Source: Acidobacteriota bacterium
GTDB taxonomy: Bacteria > Acidobacteriota > Thermoanaerobaculia > Gp7-AA8
NCBI GenBank assembly: GCA_019244185.1
Contig: JAFATB010000010.1
Location: forward strand, 1 to 64,000
DNA: 64,000 nt
Direction of reading: 5' to 3'
The position numbers and the translations under genes were made by a program. Of the stretch, positions 61,482-64,000 are shown piece by piece; the first letter of the stretch is position 1, and every line of letters begins with the position of its first letter. Under the pieces are notes generated by a model. That model saw only the letters and a list, made by a program, of their open reading frames with translations. It had not been told where the DNA came from and did not search any database.

Positions 61482-62887
61482 CGGCGCAGTTCGGAATGAT
61501 CGGCCTCGCGGTGATGGGGTCGAACCTCGCGCTGAACATCGAGGAGCACGGCTTCTCGGTCGCCGTCTGGAACCGCGAGCCGGATCGCACCGACAAGTTC
61601 ATCCGCGACAACGCGGGGAAGAAGTTCACCGGCACGAAGACGCTCGAGGAGTTCGTCGCCGCGCTCGCACGTCCGCGCCGGATCATGATGATGATCAAGG
61701 CGGGCGCGCCGGTCGACGAGATGCTCGACAAGCTGATGCCGCTGCTCGAGCCGGGCGACGTCGTCATCGACGGCGGCAACTCGTGGTTCAAGGACACGCA
61801 GGCGCGCTCGCAGCGGCTGCTCGAACACGACCTCCACTTCGTCGGCTCCGGCGTCTCCGGCGGCGAAGACGGCGCGCGCTTCGGTCCGTCGCTCATGCCC
61901 GGCGGCACGCGCGAGTCGTGGGAGTCGATCCGCGAGGTGTTCGAAGCCATCGCCGCGCGCAGCGACTCCGGGCCGTGCGTCACGTACTGCGGCACCGACG
62001 GCGCGGGTCACTTCGTGAAGATGGTGCACAACGGCATCGAGTACGGCGACATGCAGCTCATCGCCGAGGCGTACGACCTGCTGCGGCGTGGGTTGGGGTG
62101 CGATGCGGAGGAGCTCGCGCGCATTTTCGACGAATGGAACCGCGGTCCGCTGCAGTCGTTCCTCATCGAGATCACGGCGAAGATCTTCCGCGTGCGCGAT
62201 CCGGAGACGGGCGCGCCGCTGGTCGAGAAGGTGCTCGACAAGGCGGGACAGAAAGGCACCGGCAAGTGGACGGCGCAGGTCGCGCTCGATCTCGCGGTGC
62301 CGATTCCGACGATCGCCGCTGCCATCGACGCGCGCGTGCTGTCGTCGATGAAAGACGAGCGCGTCGCCGCCTCGAAGCTCTTCGACGCGCCGTCGCCGCG
62401 CGCGGTCGAGAGCCGCGAGCAGTTCATCCGCGACGTGCACGACGCGTTGTACGCCGCGAAGATCTGTTCGTACGCCCAGGGCATGGCGCTCATTCAGGCC
62501 GGCAGCCGCGAATGGAAGTGGACCATCGACATGCGCGAGATCGCGCGCATCTGGAAGGCCGGCTGCATCATCCGCGCGAAGTTCCTCGACTCGATCATGC
62601 AGGCGTACGAGCGCGACCCGCGGCTCGCGAACCTGCTGCTCGACGAGCAGTTCCGCGCCGACATCGCGCGTTCGCAGGACGCATGGCGCCGCGCGTCCGC
62701 CTTCGCGCAGACGCACGGCATCCCGGTGCCCGCGTTCAGCGCCTCGCTCGCGTACTTTGACAGCTACCGCACCGCGGAGCTGCCGCAGAACCTGACGCAG
62801 GCGCAGCGCGACCTCTTCGGCGCGCACACGTACCAGCGGAATGACAAAGGGGCGGACGCGCCGTTCGTGCACACGGATTGGGAGTAG
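61478..62887 (+). CDS. gndA: 6-phosphogluconate dehydrogenase, decarboxylating
   Basis: GLAVMG, IDGGN, GVSGGE, VKMVHNGIEY, QAQRDLFGAH. Confidence 0.96.
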   Translation: MTAQFGMIGLAVMGSNLALNIEEHGFSVAVWNREPDRTDKFIRDNAGKKFTGTKTLEEFVAALARPRRIMMMIKAGAPVDEMLDKLMPLLEPGDVVIDGGNSWFKDTQARSQRLLEHDLHFVGSGVSGGEDGARFGPSLMPGGTRESWESIREVFEAIAARSDSGPCVTYCGTDGAGHFVKMVHNGIEYGDMQLIAEAYDLLRRGLGCDAEELARIFDEWNRGPLQSFLIEITAKIFRVRDPETGAPLVEKVLDKAGQKGTGKWTAQVALDLAVPIPTIAAAIDARVLSSMKDERVAASKLFDAPSPRAVESREQFIRDVHDALYAAKICSYAQGMALIQAGSREWKWTIDMREIARIWKAGCIIRAKFLDSIMQAYERDPRLANLLLDEQFRADIARSQDAWRRASAFAQTHGIPVPAFSASLAYFDSYRTAELPQNLTQAQRDLFGAHTYQRNDKGADAPFVHTDWE

Positions 62888-62890
62888 CGC

Positions 62891-64000
62891 TCAGCGCTGC
62901 TCCCGCCACGCCTTGTCCCAGCCGAGCTTCACGGCCGTGCCGAGGTTCACCGTGCCGTCGCTGTTGTACGTACCGTTGTCGATGAGCCGCTTCTTCTGTT
63001 CTTCGTTGAGGTACGCGGGCAGCTTCGCGGTCGGGCTGTCGGGGATGAACTCGACGCCGTCGCGGATCGGCTGAAAGTCTTTGTAGCCGCGGCGCACGCC
63101 GTACACGACATAGGAGAACTCGACGTCCTTCGAGGCTTCGGCTTCGATGTGATCGAGCGACTGCTGCGTCACCGCGACCATCGCCAGCCCGCCGATCGGC
63201 GTGAGGTGCACGGTCATCCCCTCTTCTTCGGTGGTCATGCGGAACGCCTCCGGCACGTCGATGACCGCGCGACCGTGTACGAAGCGTCCGCGTCCACGAA
63301 AATACGTGCCGGCCTCGGGACCCTCGAGCGCTGCAAAGCGAATGACTTTCGTCGCATCCGACGGATGCGGATCGACGAAGAACTTGGTGCCCGACGCCGC
63401 GAGGTCGCCCGCCGCGTAGACCGCGTACGTGTTGTTCGCGAGGTAGCCGCTGCGGAGGATGTTGCCGTTTGCATCGTTGTACGTGCCGCCCACGCCGGCG
63501 GCATTGTTTGTGTTGCCGAGGACTCCGAAGCCGAGCTGGGATTCGCCGCGAACACCTGCCAGATTGCCGATCGCCGTGCCGGAGCGCGCGCCGGAAATCC
63601 CGAGGACGCCGCCGCCGAACCCGGTGGTGCCGGAGTTGAATCCCTTGACTCCCCACGTCGCGCCCGCCGTCGTGTAGCCCATCACGCCGGAACCGTCGGT
63701 GAGATTCAGCGTGGTCAGCGTGCCGAGCACGCCGGTCGTGTAGATGCCGCTCACGCTCGAGCCGTTGATGCCGTAGATCACGCCGCTGTCGTCCATGCTG
63801 CCGGTCATGCGGAAGCTCTTGCCCGCCGGCAGCGTGCCCGCGCCGCCGATGAAGTAGCCGTTGAGATCGATGATGATGTCCGTCGCGCCGCCGGCGAAGA
63901 CGGAGATCTGTCCGCTCGCACCGGTCGCGACGATGGAGGCGTTGGCGACCGGGACGCCGGTGCCGAAGTTCACGGACGACACGTTCGGCCGCGTCGTTCC
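62891..64000 (-). CDS. Partial Gly-rich surface/fibre-like protein (3' part)
   Basis: Open to the window edge; repeated GVxG units; C-terminal HP.D..ALEGPE..YFRG domain. Confidence 0.7.
   Translation of the reverse strand, partial: GTTRPNVSSVNFGTGVPVANASIVATGASGQISVFAGGATDIIIDLNGYFIGGAGTLPAGKSFRMTGSMDDSGVIYGINGSSVSGIYTTGVLGTLTTLNLTDGSGVMGYTTAGATWGVKGFNSGTTGFGGGVLGISGARSGTAIGNLAGVRGESQLGFGVLGNTNNAAGVGGTYNDANGNILRSGYLANNTYAVYAAGDLAASGTKFFVDPHPSDATKVIRFAALEGPEAGTYFRGRGRFVHGRAVIDVPEAFRMTTEEEGMTVHLTPIGGLAMVAVTQQSLDHIEAEASKDVEFSYVVYGVRRGYKDFQPIRDGVEFIPDSPTAKLPAYLNEEQKKRLIDNGTYNSDGTVNLGTAVKLGWDKAWREQR

Overview
High-GC, gene-dense bacterial chromosome segment (gene content and style suggest an Acidobacteriota/Thermoanaerobaculia-like organism; this is inference). 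About 60 CDSs, mostly housekeeping: prmC, gcvT-H-PA-PB, xerC, glmS, mnmA, metH, prfC, arcA-arcC, truA-thiL, ffh-rpsP-khpA-rimM-trmD-rplS-rnhB, tal/pgi-gnd. No rRNA, tRNA, CRISPR array or transposase was seen. Most notable: (1) a photoactive-yellow-protein gene with the chromophore residues intact, directly behind a compact, frameshifted class II photolyase; (2) a five-gene sulfur-relay-like operon (exported rhodanese, two YeeE/YedE halves, a Cys-less rhodanese with a C-terminal Gly-Cys tail, and a MoCo-sulfurase-like PLP enzyme); (3) a SAM-II-like riboswitch upstream of metH wired to a transcription terminator/antiterminator; (4) an in-frame BrnT-BrnA fusion with an internal RBS; (5) a dispersed ~70-bp palindromic repeat family that also supplies the MetH C-terminus; (6) many TAGAAT-type -10 boxes 6-10 nt before start codons, suggesting widespread leaderless mRNAs. 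All family assignments come from motif recognition by eye, not database searches.
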